This document shows, piece by piece, positions 35,452 through 52,398 of a DNA stretch of 64,000 bases. The notes under the pieces were generated by a model, which was not told the origin of the DNA, searched no databases, and saw nothing but the letters and a program-made list of their open reading frames with translations. Source of the stretch: Escherichia coli (GTDB taxonomy: Bacteria > Pseudomonadota > Gammaproteobacteria > Enterobacterales > Enterobacteriaceae); assembly GCF_036507355.1 (NCBI RefSeq), contig NZ_AP027877.1. One strand, written 5' to 3'. Every line of letters starts with the position of its first letter. Within the stretch, counting starts at the first letter, position 1. The position numbers and the translations under genes are program-made.

Positions 35452-37893
35452 TCACTCTGCCACTTTTTTCTTCGCCGCACGCTTCGCTTTGGTCGCTGCA
35501 GCTATTTTCTGCGTTTTCGCCGATGGCTTTTTCGCTTTTCTCGCGTCTTTCTTCGCTGCTTTCGGCTTCGTTTTTTTCTCACCGCGGAAGGCGCTGTCTG
35601 GCTCAAAGTTTACCTTTTTACCGACCTGACGACGCTTGCCGCCTTTTTTACCTGCATCGCCTTTTTTCGCTTTCTCGCGCGCCGTTTTACCGACGTTGCG
35701 CGGTGCGCGTTCGCTGGAGATCAGGCTAAAGTCGATTTTGCGCTCGTCCATATTAACCGCTTCGACGCGAACTTCCACGCGATCGCCCAGGCGATAAGTC
35801 TGACCGCTGGATTCACCCATCAGGCGTTGCCCTACCTGGTCAAAGCGATAGTAGTCATTGTCCAGCGAAGAGACATGGACCAGACCATCGATGAACAAGT
35901 CGTCCAGACGGACGAAGAAGCCAAAGCCAGTGACGCTGGAAATTACGCCTTTAAAGACGTTACCTACCTGGTCGAGCATAAAGTCACACTTCAGCCAGTC
36001 AGCCACATCGCGCGTTGCTTCGTCGGCACGACGTTCTGCCATCGAACAGTGCTGACCCAGTTGCAGCATCTCTTCCATCGAATAATGGTAGCCGCCGGTT
36101 TCAGTGGTGTTACCCTGATGCCCCTGCTCTTTCGCCAGCAGATACTTAATGGCGCGGTGCAGCGTCAGGTCAGGATAACGACGAATCGGCGAAGTAAAGT
36201 GCGCATAGGACTGCAATGCCAGACCGAAGTGACCACGGTTTTCCGGATCGTAAATCGCCTGTTTCATCGAGCGCAGCAGCATGGTTTGCAGCATTTCTGC
36301 GTCAGGACGATCGGCAACAGACTCCAGCAACTCTGCATAGTCGCGCGGTTCCGGCTTGTTACCGCCCGGCAATTCCAGCCCCAGTTCCGCCAGCACTGAA
36401 CGGAAAGAGGTAATCGCTTCGGTGCTCGGCTTGTCGTGAATACGGAACAGTGCCGGTTCTTTGGCTTTCTCAACGAAACGCGCCGCCGAGATATTCGCCA
36501 GAATCATGCACTCTTCAATTAACTTGTGCGCGTCGTTACGCTGGGTCTGTTCGATACGCTCAATACGGCGTTCAGCGTTGAAAATGAACTTCGCTTCTTC
36601 GCTCTCAAATGAGATCCCGCCGCGTTCTTCACGGGCTTTATCCAGCACTTTATAGAGGTTATGCAACTCTTCGAGATGCTTAACCAGCGGGGCGTACTGC
36701 TCGCGCAGATCCTGATCGCCCTGCAGAATATGCCAGACTTTGGTGTAGGTCAGACGCGCGTGAGAGCTCATCACCGCTTCGTAGAATTTGTAGCCAGTCA
36801 GGCGGCCTTTCGACGAAACCGTCATCTCGCACACCATACACAGGCGGTCTACCTGCGGGTTGAGCGAACACAGGCCGTTAGAGAGCACTTCCGGCAGCAT
36901 CGGGATAACCTGCGAAGGGAAGTACACCGACGTGCCACGGTTACGCGCTTCTCTGTCCAGCGGCGTTGGCGGACGCACATAGTAGCTGACGTCAGCAATC
37001 GCGACCCATAAACGCCAGCCGCCGCCGCGTTTTTTCTCGCAGTAAACTGCATCGTCAAAGTCACGGGCGTCTTCGCCATCAATGGTGACCAGCGGTAAAT
37101 CGCGCAGATCAACACGGCCCGCTTTTGCTTCTTCCGGCACTTCTTCTTTCAGCCCGGCAACCTGTTGCTCAACAGCCTGCGGCCAGATGTACGGAATTTC
37201 ATGGGTACGCAGAGCGATATCAACCGCCATGCCGGTGCCCATATTGTCGCCCAGCACTTCGACGATTTTACCCACCGCTTTGGTACGGCGAGTCGGGCGT
37301 TGGGTCAGTTCAACAACCACCACAAAGCCCATCCGCGCGCCCATGATCTGATCGGGCGGGATTAAGATATCGAAGCTCAGACGGCTATCGTCAGGAACCA
37401 CAAAGCCGACGCCCGCTTCGGTAAAGTAGCGACCAACAATCTGGCTGGTTTTTGGCACCAGTACGCGGACAATACGCGCTTCACGACGACCTTTACGGTC
37501 AGCGCCCAGCGGCTGCGCCAGCACCTGATCGCCATGAATGCAGGTTTTCATCTGCTCGCTGGAGAGATACAAATCATCTTTACGCCCTTCAACCCGCAGA
37601 AAGCCGTAGCCATCACGGTGGCCAATAACGGTACCTTTCACCAGGTCGAGGCGTTCCGGCAGCGCATAGCACTGACGACGAGTAAAGACCAGTTGACCAT
37701 CGCGCTCCATCGCGCGCAGGCGGCGACGCAGGCCTTCAAGCTGCTCTTCGCCTTCAATGTGCAGTTCTACCGCCAGCTCATCACGGCTGGCCGGTTTTTC
37801 ACGTTTGGTTAAATGTTCGAGGATAAATTCCCGACTAGGGATGGGATTCGCGTATTTTTCAGCTTCGCGTTCCTGGAAAGGATCTTGTGACAT
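35452..37893 (-). CDS. rnr: Ribonuclease R
   Basis: ORF track 35452..37935; ATG at 37891-37893 gives [23 protein letters not shown]..., 813 aa; SD ggagg; lysine-rich C-terminal tail. Confidence 0.95.
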   Translation of the reverse strand: MSQDPFQEREAEKYANPIPSREFILEHLTKREKPASRDELAVELHIEGEEQLEGLRRRLRAMERDGQLVFTRRQCYALPERLDLVKGTVIGHRDGYGFLRVEGRKDDLYLSSEQMKTCIHGDQVLAQPLGADRKGRREARIVRVLVPKTSQIVGRYFTEAGVGFVVPDDSRLSFDILIPPDQIMGARMGFVVVVELTQRPTRRTKAVGKIVEVLGDNMGTGMAVDIALRTHEIPYIWPQAVEQQVAGLKEEVPEEAKAGRVDLRDLPLVTIDGEDARDFDDAVYCEKKRGGGWRLWVAIADVSYYVRPPTPLDREARNRGTSVYFPSQVIPMLPEVLSNGLCSLNPQVDRLCMVCEMTVSSKGRLTGYKFYEAVMSSHARLTYTKVWHILQGDQDLREQYAPLVKHLEELHNLYKVLDKAREERGGISFESEEAKFIFNAERRIERIEQTQRNDAHKLIEECMILANISAARFVEKAKEPALFRIHDKPSTEAITSFRSVLAELGLELPGGNKPEPRDYAELLESVADRPDAEMLQTMLLRSMKQAIYDPENRGHFGLALQSYAHFTSPIRRYPDLTLHRAIKYLLAKEQGHQGNTTETGGYHYSMEEMLQLGQHCSMAERRADEATRDVADWLKCDFMLDQVGNVFKGVISSVTGFGFFVRLDDLFIDGLVHVSSLDNDYYRFDQVGQRLMGESSGQTYRLGDRVEVRVEAVNMDERKIDFSLISSERAPRNVGKTAREKAKKGDAGKKGGKRRQVGKKVNFEPDSAFRGEKKTKPKAAKKDARKAKKPSAKTQKIAAATKAKRAAKKKVAE

Positions 37894-37931
37894 CTCGGTT
37901 CCTCCGTTGTCATCTCTGATGAAGATTTTCG

Positions 37932-38357
37932 TCACTCCACCAGCAATAATTTATAAAGCGGTTGATTCTCTTCAACCAAATCGGCAAGCGTGTAGTTATC
38001 CAGTTCCGTAAGAAAACTTTGCACGGCCTTAGAAAGCGCCTGTTTCAACCGACAGGCAGGTGTAATGTGGCAAAACTCACTGCTGCAATTCACCAGCGAT
38101 AAGGGCTCCAGCTCGCGCACCACATCACCAATACGTATCGCACTCGCCGGTTTACCCAGGCGAATGCCGCCATTTTTTCCACGAACAGCAGTCACGTAGC
38201 CGGCACGACTAAGTTGATTGATTATTTTGACCATATGATTACGGGAGACGCCGTAGACGTCAGTCACTTCAGAAATACTGGTCATCCGCCCTTCTGGCAA
38301 TGACGCCATGTAGATCAGCGCACGTAATCCGTAATCAGTGAAACTCGTTAACTGCAC
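37932..38357 (-). CDS. nsrR: NO-sensing Rrf2-family repressor
   Basis: ORF track 141 aa; overlaps rnr start by 4 nt. Confidence 0.95.
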
Positions 38358-38561
38358 ATCAACCTCAAAAGGGAAATCGGGAAAAAATACATTTATATTG
38401 ATGATAAACCAGCCACAAGCTGTGTCGCTAATTTATTTCAGTTCGGGGAAGGAAAAAAGCGAGGATTTAACACTGTGTCGGATAGCGTAATGGCTTAACC
38501 GACACAGCAATGTATCACACTGTTAGCCCGGCAGGCAAAATATCTGCCAGGCGTACCAGAA

Positions 38562-39863
<1,302 letters not shown>

Positions 39864-39866
39864 TCA

Positions 39867-39882
39867 AAATCACCGTTTGCTT
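39867..39882 (-). promoter_or_regulatory. Possible PurR box upstream of purA
   Basis: Minus-strand AAGCAAACGGTGATTT resembles the PurR consensus aCGCAAACGtTTtCnT; by-eye match only. Confidence 0.4.
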
Positions 39883-39963
39883 AAAAATGGATTCTACCAT
39901 CGCTTTTTCAGAGTTACAGCACTTTTTGCACTCAAAAATGACCTCGATCAGTCTGTTTTTTGT

Positions 39964-40161
39964 TCAGCCAATCGTTTTCCTCAACATGTAGTAGACCACA
40001 ACGCCCGCAACCACAAGTCCACCGCCAAAACGACGTAAAATATTATCGGGCAAATTGGTCATCGCAGAGATCATCTTCTTCCATGCCTTCGGGTAAAGCA
40101 TCGGCCCTAAACCTTCCAGTACCAAAACCAGGGCAAGCGCCAGCCAGATTGTCGAATTCAT
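39964..40161 (-). CDS. yjeT: DUF2065 small membrane protein
   Basis: ORF track 65 aa. Confidence 0.85.
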   Translation of the reverse strand: MNSTIWLALALVLVLEGLGPMLYPKAWKKMISAMTNLPDNILRRFGGGLVVAGVVVYYMLRKTIG

Positions 40162-40176
40162 TCATTATCCTTATAG

Positions 40177-40213
40177 AAAAAGAAAACCACCGACATCCCT
40201 GAGGATGCGGTGG
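40177..40213 (-). terminator. Rho-independent terminator after hflC
   Basis: ccaccgcatcctcagggatgtcggtgg hairpin followed by TTTTCTTTTT on the minus strand. Confidence 0.7.
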
Positions 40214-40242
40214 CTTTATTGACCTGTACCGCAGTCGTTATA

Positions 40243-41247
40243 TTAACGCGTTGCGGAAGTCGGCGTCTTCATGTAGCGGAAGAAATCGCTATCCGGGCTC
40301 ATGACCATCACGTCCTGATTGCCAGAGAAGCTGTTCTCATAAGCACGCAGGCTACGGATGAATGCGTAGAAGTCCGGATCTTTACTGAATGCATCAGCAA
40401 ACAGTTTGGCTGCTTCGGCATCGCCTTCACCACGCATGATACGGCCCTGACGCTCAGCTTCTGCCAGCGTTCTGGTCACTTCATAGTCGGCAGTCGCGCG
40501 CAGTTTTTCCGCTTCTTCCTGACCTTGTGAACGGTGACGACGCGCTACCGCTTCACGCTCGGCGCGCATACGGTTGTAGATCGCTTCAGACACTTCGGTC
40601 GGCAGGTTGATCTGCTTGATACGCACATCGACAACTTCAATACCCAGCGCCGCCATACTGTTCGGGTTGATGACCGGAACTTTGCCCTTCGTCTCAGCCG
40701 TTACGCGCTCTGCCGCTTCGGCAATGGCGTTATCCGCTGCCGGGGTAGTAACTTCATCTTCTGTACCCGCAGAACCGGAGTTCAGCGCGTCACGTACTTC
40801 GAGGGTCAGACGACCACGGGAATCGGTGACGATGTCTTTCACGTCCAGGCGACCAATTTCAGAACGTAGACGGTCAGAGAACTTACGTTTCAACAGCACT
40901 TCCGCTTGCGAAATGTCGCCACCACCCGTTGCCAGGTAGTAACGGCTGAAATCGCTGATGCGCCATTTGATGTAAGAGTCGACGATCAGGTCTTTCTTCT
41001 CTTTGGTCACAAAGCGGTCGGCCTGGTTGTCCATGGTCTGAATACGTGCGTCGAGCATTTTCACCGTTTCAATGAACGGTATCTTGAAATGCAGACCCGG
41101 CTCATAAACCAGAGGTTTGTTGTCATCGTCACGCAGTACCTTACCAAAACGCAGCGTAATACCGCGCTCACCTTCTTTGACGACAAAGACAGACATGTAA
41201 AGCACTACCAGCACGATGATGATAATCGCGATAACTGACTTACGCAT
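40243..41247 (-). CDS. hflC: FtsH modulator HflC
   Basis: ORF track 334 aa. Confidence 0.95.
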   Translation of the reverse strand: MRKSVIAIIIIVLVVLYMSVFVVKEGERGITLRFGKVLRDDDNKPLVYEPGLHFKIPFIETVKMLDARIQTMDNQADRFVTKEKKDLIVDSYIKWRISDFSRYYLATGGGDISQAEVLLKRKFSDRLRSEIGRLDVKDIVTDSRGRLTLEVRDALNSGSAGTEDEVTTPAADNAIAEAAERVTAETKGKVPVINPNSMAALGIEVVDVRIKQINLPTEVSEAIYNRMRAEREAVARRHRSQGQEEAEKLRATADYEVTRTLAEAERQGRIMRGEGDAEAAKLFADAFSKDPDFYAFIRSLRAYENSFSGNQDVMVMSPDSDFFRYMKTPTSATR

Positions 41248-41249
41248 CG

Positions 41250-42509
41250 TTATTCCCCCTGACGCTGGTAGTCGTTACGCTGCGCGTTGGCGCGGCGTTG
41301 GTCCATAATATCGCCCTGACTAGTGGACGACGTGTTGCTTGCTCCACTGGTTGTGGAGGAAGAGGCTGGCGGCAGACGCAGCAGATTGCTGGCACCGTTA
41401 TCGCTCTTCGCCGCAGGGGCGTTACCACCTTTCAGCATCTGGTCTAACGGCAGAACCATCAGGTTGCCACCTTTATCGTTAACCAGCACTTTGCGGGTGT
41501 TACCCAACACTTTTTCCATCGTCTCGATATACAGACGCTCGCGAGTAATTTCAGGCGCGGCTTTATATTCCGGCAGAAGTTTAGCAAAGCGCGCCACTTC
41601 ACCCTGAGCTTCCAGGATGGTCTGGGCCTTGTACGCACGCGCCTCTTCGAGGATACGTTGCGCCTGACCGTTCGCACGCGGCTGAACTTCATTGGTATAC
41701 GCTTCTGCTTCACGAATGTATTGCTGTTCGTTTTCACGCGCGGCAATCGCATCGTCAAACGCCGCTTTTACTTCTTCCGGCGGACGAGCAGCCTGGAAGT
41801 TGACGTCCAGCAGCGTGATACCCATGTCATACGGACGAATCGTCTCTTCCAGTTCGCGCTGAGTATCGCTACGAATCACGGTACGACCTTCCGTCAGAAT
41901 GCGATCCATGGTGTATTTACCGATAACTCCACGCAGGGCGCTGTCGGTAGCCTGACGCAGGCTGTCATCCGGGCTGGTCACGCTATACAGATATTTTTCC
42001 GGATTGGTGACGCGGTACTGCACGTTCATCTCAACGCGCACTACGTTCTCGTCCGACGTCAGCATCACACCAGAAGCGGCCAGTTCACGCACGGCTTCCA
42101 CGTTCACCGGTTTGACTTCGTCGATAAACGTCGGTTTCCAGTTCAGACCCGGCTCAACCAGATGGCTGAATTTACCAAAGCGTGTTACCACGCCGCGTTC
42201 GGCTTCTTTAATGGTATAGAAACCACTGGCCGCCCAGATAATGACAATCGCTGCCGCTGCGATGGTAACGACACGACCGCCAAGCTGCGGGCGCGGGCCT
42301 TGCGATGAACTGCCACCGCCAGATCCGGTGCCTTTACCGCCGCCCAGACCACCGAGCTTTTTGCTCAGTTTGCGGAAGATATCATCTAAATCAGGTGGCC
42401 CTTGATCGCGACCGCCTTTGTTTCCATTTCCCTCAGAGTTGCCGCCAGGTTTGCTGCTTCCCCACGGGTCGCGGTCTTGTCCGTTATTACCGGGCTGATT
42501 CCACGCCAT
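41250..42509 (-). CDS. hflK: FtsH modulator HflK
   Basis: ORF track 419 aa. Confidence 0.95.
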   Translation of the reverse strand: MAWNQPGNNGQDRDPWGSSKPGGNSEGNGNKGGRDQGPPDLDDIFRKLSKKLGGLGGGKGTGSGGGSSSQGPRPQLGGRVVTIAAAAIVIIWAASGFYTIKEAERGVVTRFGKFSHLVEPGLNWKPTFIDEVKPVNVEAVRELAASGVMLTSDENVVRVEMNVQYRVTNPEKYLYSVTSPDDSLRQATDSALRGVIGKYTMDRILTEGRTVIRSDTQRELEETIRPYDMGITLLDVNFQAARPPEEVKAAFDDAIAARENEQQYIREAEAYTNEVQPRANGQAQRILEEARAYKAQTILEAQGEVARFAKLLPEYKAAPEITRERLYIETMEKVLGNTRKVLVNDKGGNLMVLPLDQMLKGGNAPAAKSDNGASNLLRLPPASSSTTSGASNTSSTSQGDIMDQRRANAQRNDYQRQGE

Positions 42510-42594
42510 GTTTGTGCTCCATATTTGTTATGCGGTGATCCCTGTTGTCTTTCGACGCCAGAGGATATGACTCCACGCTTCAGACGCTACGCCG

Positions 42595-43875
42595 TTAGAT
42601 CAGGTAATCGATCAACGCCGGTTCTTGTTTACAGAGGCGACGCCAGTCAACGATCGGCATACGAACTTGCAGACTTACGCTGCCGTCCTCCTCCATCCAC
42701 TCTTTTTCTATTGCCTGAAGCTGATAAAAACGACTTCTCAGACGCCCTTCCTGCGGTGGTAGACGCAATGTATGCTGCGCCACCTCGCCGGAAAGCCGCT
42801 CCGTCAAAGCCTGAAAAAGCTGTGGTATCCCCGCTCCGGTCTGTGCGGAAAGCCAGACACGGATCGGTTTGTTCTCTTCGTCCCGATCAATACGCGGTTC
42901 GAAATCTTCCAGCATATCGATCTTGTTCATCACCAGCAGGGTTGGGATCTCGTGAGCGTCGATCTCTTCAAGAACCGTATTCACCGCTTCGATGTTTTCT
43001 TGTACACGCACATCCGCCGCATCAATGACGTGCAGCAGTAATGTGGCTTGCCGCGTCTCTTGTAACGTGGCTTTAAATGCTGCAACCAGATCGTGCGGCA
43101 GGTGGCGAATAAACCCTACGGTATCTGCCAACACGGTTTCACCGACATCTGCAACGTCAATACGCCGCAACGTCGGGTCGAGGGTGGCAAACAACTGGTC
43201 TGCCGCGTAGACCCGCGCTTCGGTGATGCGATTGAAAAGGGTAGATTTACCGGCGTTGGTATATCCCACCAGCGAAACAGTAGGAACGTCGGCTTTGATA
43301 CGCGATTGCCGCCCCTGCTCACGCTGCTTTTCAACTCTTTCCAGGCGCGACTGTATCTGCACGATGCGATTACGCAACAAACGACGGTCGGTTTCGAGCT
43401 GGGTTTCACCCGGACCACGCAAACCTATCCCGCCTTTCTGTCTTTCAAGGTGGGTCCAGCCACGCACCAGGCGCGTAGCCAGATGGCGCAGCTGCGCCAG
43501 CTCAACCTGCAACTTACCCTCATGGGTACGCGCACGTTGGGCGAAAATATCTAAAATAAGGCCGGTGCGGTCGATAACACGACACTCGCACAAACGCTCC
43601 AGGTTACGCTCTTGCGCCGGGCTCAGGGCATGGTCAAAAAGAACGACCGAAGCACCCGTCGCTTTGACAGCTTCCGCAATTTCAACTGCTTTACCTTCAC
43701 CTACAAAATACTTTGGGTGCGGCGCTTTACGGCTACCGGTAATCACCTGCAATGCTTCGACACCGGCGGAAGAGACCAGAGATTCAAACTCCTGGAGGTC
43801 TTCCATATCTTTGTCTTGCGTAAAATAGATGTGTACCAGTACCGCCTGCTCACCAGCATCATAACGGTCAAACAA
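42595..43875 (-). CDS. hflX: GTPase HflX
   Basis: ORF track 426 aa; G-motifs GYTNAGKST and DTVG. Confidence 0.95.
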   Translation of the reverse strand: MFDRYDAGEQAVLVHIYFTQDKDMEDLQEFESLVSSAGVEALQVITGSRKAPHPKYFVGEGKAVEIAEAVKATGASVVLFDHALSPAQERNLERLCECRVIDRTGLILDIFAQRARTHEGKLQVELAQLRHLATRLVRGWTHLERQKGGIGLRGPGETQLETDRRLLRNRIVQIQSRLERVEKQREQGRQSRIKADVPTVSLVGYTNAGKSTLFNRITEARVYAADQLFATLDPTLRRIDVADVGETVLADTVGFIRHLPHDLVAAFKATLQETRQATLLLHVIDAADVRVQENIEAVNTVLEEIDAHEIPTLLVMNKIDMLEDFEPRIDRDEENKPIRVWLSAQTGAGIPQLFQALTERLSGEVAQHTLRLPPQEGRLRSRFYQLQAIEKEWMEEDGSVSLQVRMPIVDWRRLCKQEPALIDYLI

Positions 43876-43951
43876 GCGTATAACCCTCTAAATAGATCAG
43901 CGGGGAACGCAGGATCGCTGGCTCCCCGTGTAAAAAAAACAGCCCGAAACC

Positions 43952-44272
<321 letters not shown>

Positions 44273-44345
44273 TTATATGCTTATTTGTACTTTGAACCTT
44301 TCGATTCTGAAAAAATTGCGCACGATACGTCTCAATTGTACACAT

Positions 44346-45296
44346 TCAGCCTGCGATAGCACCAACAACCTGTAATACTTCGTCACGCGCCTGTTCTGGT
44401 TTTTCACTATCAAGCCAGTGAACCCCTTCCCAACCACGCAGCCAGGTTATCTGCCGCTTCGCCAACTGTCTCGTGGCGCAAACACCTCGATAAACCATTT
44501 CATCGTATGAGATTTCGCCTTCAAGGTAAGACCACATCTGGCGATAACCCACGCAACGAATGGAAGGCAAGTCCGTATGCAAATCTCCTCGGGCAAAAAG
44601 CGCCCGGACTTCTGCTTCAAAACCTGAAGCCAACATCTGATGAAAACGCTGCTCAATGCGTTGATGGAGCAGTTCACGGCTCGCCGGGGCGATGGCGAAC
44701 TGATGCACCTGATACGGTAGAGCGTCTCCTGACGTTTGCGTCAGTTCCGTTAAAGTTTTACCCGAAATGAAAAAAACTTCCAGTGCCCGGGAAAGCCTTT
44801 GTGGATCATTTGGATGAATCCTTGCTGCCGCAACCGGATCTACCTCCTGAAGTTGACGATGCAATGACTCCCAACCTTGCTCTGCCGCCTGTTGCTCAAT
44901 TCTGGCCCGCACTTCCGGGTCTGCCGACGGTAGCGGCGATAACCCTTCCAGCAATGCCTTGAAATACAACATCGTACCGCCCACTAACAGTGGGATCCGC
45001 CCCGCCGCGGTGATATCGGCCATTTCCGCCAGCGCATCGCGGCGAAAATCAGCAGCCGAGTAAGCCTGCGACGGATCGCGAATATCCAGCAATCGGTGCG
45101 GCGCGGCGAGTAACTCTTCAGCGTTCGGCTTCGCCGTCCCGATATCCATCCCTTTGTAAATAAGGGCAGAATCAACGCTTATCAACTCTACTGGTAAAAT
45201 TTTACGCAGCTCAATGGCTAACGCCGTTTTACCGGAGGCCGTCGGCCCCATCAAAAAAATCGCCTTAGGCAGGCTCGCCTTACTGATATCACTCAT
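44346..45296 (-). CDS. miaA: tRNA dimethylallyltransferase
   Basis: ORF track 316 aa; P-loop GPTASGKT. Confidence 0.95.
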
Positions 45297-47136
45297 CTTT
45301 CAGGGCTTTTATCGCCGGATGTAAATCAACAGATTGTAACAGACCACCCGGCGGCGTTTTCACAAGTTGCGGACATAACCGTTCCACGTCCGCCAGCAGG
45401 GTTATGGCCTGTGCCATTGACCACTGTGCATGTTCGCTCATCAGATTTCGTGCAATCCACTGCGCAATATTGCCAGGTTCGAATACGGACTGCTTCGCCA
45501 GGTAGCCTATCAGTTCAGGAATCAAGATTTGTAAATTTTGTTGGCGTAAGGGTAAAGGCACGGCCCTGATGGTCACATGCTGTGCATCTGACTGGAAATC
45601 AATACCCAATTCCGCCAGGGCAGACTGCGCTTTTTCTAATGCCGATTTTTCTTCGCCAGAAACTTTTAGCCGCAACGGAATCAGCAACGGCTGGGCGCAA
45701 ACGGGCGCTTCACCCGGCGTCAGTTGTACCTGACGCAGCCAACGTTCTGCCACTGGCAAGGCTAAAAGTGAAATGTTGCCGTCGCGCTCCAGCAACGCAC
45801 AGTCGGAATGGACGATAGTCAGTACCCGACCAAAACTCTGACTGTTCGCCGCAAGTGCAGGTTCCTGCGGTTCCGGCGCTTTTGGTTTTTGCATCGGCGC
45901 GGGCGTTTGCAAAAGCAGGCGATACACTTCACCTTGCTGTTTCTGGTAGCCTGGCTGCGCATTCGGCCAGGGGGCAGCCGGACGACTGCCTGAGGCGGGC
46001 GCAGGAGAGTAGCGCGGAGCTACCGGCTCACGAGCTGCCGGTTCTGCAAAGTGATTGCGCCCCGCCGCCACGCGGTTTTCCGGAATGGGACGCGGTGCAG
46101 GTTGGGGTTCATCGTCCAGCGGTAGCGGCGTTTCCAGTTGCTGTTGTAGCACGCTCAGCACGCCCTGATAGATAAAATCATGCACCAGACGCGACTGATG
46201 GAAACGCACTTCGTGTTTGGCGGGGTGTACGTTGACGTCCACCTGATGCGGGTCGATCTCCAGATACAACACAAACGCCGGTTGTTGATCGGCCCCCAGT
46301 TTGTCTTCGCAGGCCTGGCGGATCGCATGATTGATCAGGCGATCGCGCATCATGCGACCATTCACGTAGCAATACTGAATTTCTGCCAGGGCGGGCGTGG
46401 TGTGATTCGGATCGGCCACCCAGCCGCGCAGGGTGAGATCGCCGTGTTGCCATTCAATCGCCAGCGCTTGTTCGAGAAAAGCGGTGCCACAAATCGCGCC
46501 TAAGCGCCGTTCTTTTTGCCCGCCTTCCGGCACTGCGCGGTACTGACGCACAATTTTACCGTTATGCGACAGGTTGATCGTGACGTCGAAACGCGCCAGC
46601 GCAATGCGGCGGATGATTTCATCGATATGGTTAAATTCGGTTTTCTCGGTGCGCAGGAATTTGCGCCGCGCCGGGGTGTTGTAGAACAGATCCAGCACCT
46701 CCAGCGTCGTTCCCACCGGATGCGCCGCCGGTTTAACCGTCACTTCCATATCGCGCCCTTCGGCATAGGCCTGCCAGGCTTCCTGCTGTTCTGCGGTGCG
46801 TGAAGTGAGCGTCAGGCGGGAAACCGAACTGATACTCGCCAGCGCCTCACCGCGAAAGCCCAGGCTGATAATGGCTTCGAGATCGTCCAGAGAGGCGATT
46901 TTACTGGTGGCATGACGAGCCAGCGCCAGCGCCAGCTCATCTTTTTTGATACCGCAGCCGTTATCACGAATGCGGATAAGTTTCGCCCCACCGCGTTCGA
47001 TATCAATATCGATACGCGTCGCACCTGCATCGAGGCTGTTTTCCACCAGTTCTTTGACTACCGACGCAGGTCGCTCGACCACCTCACCTGCGGCAATCTG
47101 GTTCGCCAGTTGTGGCGGTAAGACCTGAATTGGCAT
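45289..47136 (-). CDS. mutL: DNA mismatch repair protein MutL
   Basis: ORF track 45289..47139 (MMPIQ...); start taken at the second Met, 615 aa; overlaps miaA by 8 nt. Confidence 0.95.
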
Positions 47137-47145
47137 CAATCGTCC

Positions 47146-48483
47146 TTAGTTTGGCAGCGTGCGATCTGGCGTCGTCACCGTACTGGCCGTTTGTGCCGTT
47201 GCCCCCTGCGGCGCAGATTGCATCGGATGCGCAAGGAAATAATTGCGCAGGCCTTTGTAAATGGCTTCTGCCAGCTGTTGTTGGTAATCGTCGCTCGCCA
47301 GCAAACGTTCTTCGCTGTTGTTGCTGATAAAACCGGTTTCGACCAGTACTGATGGGATATCCGGCGAACGCAGAACGCCAAGGCTGGCATGTTCTGGTCG
47401 GCGTTTATGTATTTCGCCAATGCGTTGCAACTGACTGATCATACTGGTCGCTACATCATACCCTACCCGCTGGGAATGACCGAACTGTAAATCCAGCACC
47501 GCCTGGCTTAAATAGGGGTCAGACTGACTGTTCGCCAGCACATCGCCCGCGCCGCCCAGCAGCTCCGACTGTTTCTCATGCTGTTCCAGCCAGCTTGCCA
47601 TCTCGCTGTTTGCACGACGGTTTGAGAGCACCCATACGGAAGCGCCAGTCGCACTGCGGTTCGGTGCGGCATCAGCGTGAATCGACACGAGGAAATTGGC
47701 GTTTTGCTTACGTGCCACATCGCTGCGCCCCATCACCGAGATAAAGTAATCCCCGTCACGGGTTAAAACGCCTTTAAACATCGGATCGTCATTGAGCAAA
47801 GTACGCAATTTACGCGCGATGGCGATGGTGACATTTTTCTCCCGCGTACCACCGGGGCCGATAGCGCCAGGGTCCTGACCGCCGTGTCCGGCATCAATAG
47901 CGATGATAATTTTATCGCCAGTGTTAGCCGTCGCGCGCGCTGCCGGACGCGTTACCGTATTACTGCTGATAACACCCGTAGTGCGGTTACTTTCCGTTTT
48001 AAACGGATTGCGCGCCGGTTCGCTGACGCGCGGTGCGACAACCGCAGGCGTTTCAACGCGTTTCGCAACCACAGGCGGCGGAGGAGGCGGTGGCGGCGCA
48101 TCGGCGTTAATCGTAAAGACGACAGTGTAATTGCTGCCATTCTGCCGCTTCACCGCTTCGGTTTTACCATTTTCGGTAAGATCGACCACCAGCCGTAGCG
48201 TTTGTGCATCTTTAGGCGTTCCGGAGCGAATCGCCTTCACCAGATTATTACCGCTGAACAACAACGGCAGTCCCTGAATCACGCCCGTTTGTTTGATATC
48301 GAGCGCCACGGTGCGTTTGCTTTGATGGCTAAACGCATAATCAGGATCGCCAATAAAACTCAACGTTATCCGCGCCTGTTGATTACCGTTAGAAACCTGA
48401 ATATCAGAGAGCGTCGCGGCACCCACCTGCGCGCACAGCAGCAGCAACGTCGCTACCAACCAATTTCTGATGCGATACATCAT
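47146..48483 (-). CDS. amiB: N-acetylmuramoyl-L-alanine amidase AmiB
   Basis: ORF track 47146..48498; start [23 protein letters not shown] (signal peptide), 445 aa. Confidence 0.93.
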   Translation of the reverse strand: MMYRIRNWLVATLLLLCAQVGAATLSDIQVSNGNQQARITLSFIGDPDYAFSHQSKRTVALDIKQTGVIQGLPLLFSGNNLVKAIRSGTPKDAQTLRLVVDLTENGKTEAVKRQNGSNYTVVFTINADAPPPPPPPPVVAKRVETPAVVAPRVSEPARNPFKTESNRTTGVISSNTVTRPAARATANTGDKIIIAIDAGHGGQDPGAIGPGGTREKNVTIAIARKLRTLLNDDPMFKGVLTRDGDYFISVMGRSDVARKQNANFLVSIHADAAPNRSATGASVWVLSNRRANSEMASWLEQHEKQSELLGGAGDVLANSQSDPYLSQAVLDLQFGHSQRVGYDVATSMISQLQRIGEIHKRRPEHASLGVLRSPDIPSVLVETGFISNNSEERLLASDDYQQQLAEAIYKGLRNYFLAHPMQSAPQGATAQTASTVTTPDRTLPN

Positions 48484-48501
48484 CCTGCCACCTTTCAAAG
48501 G

Positions 48502-50480
<1,979 letters not shown>

Positions 50481-50482
<2 letters not shown>

Positions 50483-51620
50483 GTCAGAGCCCCTCGATCT
50501 CAATCAGTTAGCGCAAAAAATTAAACAGTGGGGGCTGGAACTGGGCTTTCAGCAGGTAGGTATTACCGATACCGATCTCAGCGAGTCCGAGCCCAAACTG
50601 CAAGCATGGCTGGACAAACAATACCACGGCGAAATGGACTGGATGGCACGTCACGGTATGTTGCGCGCCCGCCCTCACGAATTATTGCCCGGTACGCTGC
50701 GCGTGATCAGCGTGCGGATGAATTACCTTCCTGCTAACGCCGCATTTGCCAGCACGCTGAAAAACCCCAAACTCGGCTATGTCAGCCGTTATGCGCTGGG
50801 CCGTGACTATCACAAACTTCTGCGCAACCGACTCAAAAAGCTGGGCGAGATGATTCAGCAACATTGTGTTTCGCTGAATTTTAGACCGTTTGTCGATTCT
50901 GCGCCTATTCTCGAGCGCCCGTTAGCTGAAAAAGCTGGGCTCGGCTGGACAGGTAAGCACTCACTTATCCTCAATCGCGAGGCCGGTTCGTTCTTCTTTT
51001 TAGGCGAATTGCTGGTCGATATTCCGCTGCCCGTGGATCAACCAGTCGAGGAAGGATGCGGCAAATGCGTGGCCTGTATGACGATTTGCCCGACCGGTGC
51101 CATCGTCGAGCCATATACCGTCGATGCTCGCCGCTGTATCTCTTATCTCACCATCGAACTGGAAGGGGCGATCCCGGAAGAGTTGCGACCGTTAATGGGA
51201 AACCGTATTTACGGTTGCGATGACTGCCAGCTTATCTGCCCGTGGAATCGCTATTCACAACTCACTACAGAAGACGATTTCAGCCCGCGTAAGCCGCTAC
51301 ACGCACCGGAACTCATTGAGTTATTCGCCTGGAGCGAAGAGAAGTTTTTAAAAGTCACGGAAGGATCGGCGATTCGTCGTATTGGTCACCTGCGTTGGCT
51401 GCGTAATATCACCGTAGCATTAGGCAATGCGCCCTGGGATGAAACGATTCTGGCGGCGCTGGAGAGTCGCAAAGGTGAGCACCCACTTCTTGATGAGCAC
51501 ATAGCGTGGGCGATGGCGCAGCAAATCGAGAGGCGAAATGCGTGCATAGTCGAAGTGCAATTGCCGAAAAAACAGCGTCTGGTTCGGGTAATTGAAAAAG
51601 GGTTACCGCGTGACGCCTGA
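50481..51620 (+). CDS. queG: Epoxyqueuosine reductase (4Fe-4S)
   Basis: ORF track 50373..51620; ATG at 50481 gives MSEPLDLNQLAQKIKQWG..., 379 aa; CxxCxxC ferredoxin motifs. Confidence 0.9.
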
Positions 51621-51889
51621 TTCATCCACAGCTTGTGAATAAAAATAAAAACGCATTGCAATTCAAGACGAATAAAATCGTCAAGTGATCGACTCGACAA
51701 AACGGAATCTTAATTTTTAACTTATCTATCAATAGGTTAAAAAAATACTATTCACCGTGCGAAGTTTCTTTGAAATTAAGATTACAGCCTGAGGCTGTGG
51801 ATAACTCTGTTTACAAGAGTTTGTCAGAGACAACAAAAACCAGCAATAACGCATCGCGTCGCTGTGGATATTTTATTGAGAGAAGAATT

Positions 51890-51965
<76 letters not shown>

Positions 51966-52000
51966 TTGGGTGGTCTGTGCCTTACAGCACTTTCAAATTT

Positions 52001-52076
<76 letters not shown>

Positions 52077-52112
52077 TTGGGTGGTCTGTGCTTTACAGCA
52101 CTTTTCAAATTT

Positions 52113-52188
<76 letters not shown>

Positions 52189-52398
52189 GTACTACTTAAT
52201 TTTGCTTTCGTAATTTTCGCATTTCTGCGTCGTTACGGGAGGCGCATTATACGAGAAATCTTTCCCTCTGCAACCCCCCTAAAAAATTTTTTTTGAGTTT
52301 TTATCTCAAGTGCTGAAATTATCAGCAAGACGTTCAATTTAGCGTCAAAATCACGCCGCCGCAAGTGGATTCCGGCGCTTACGTGACCAGCAAAAATT

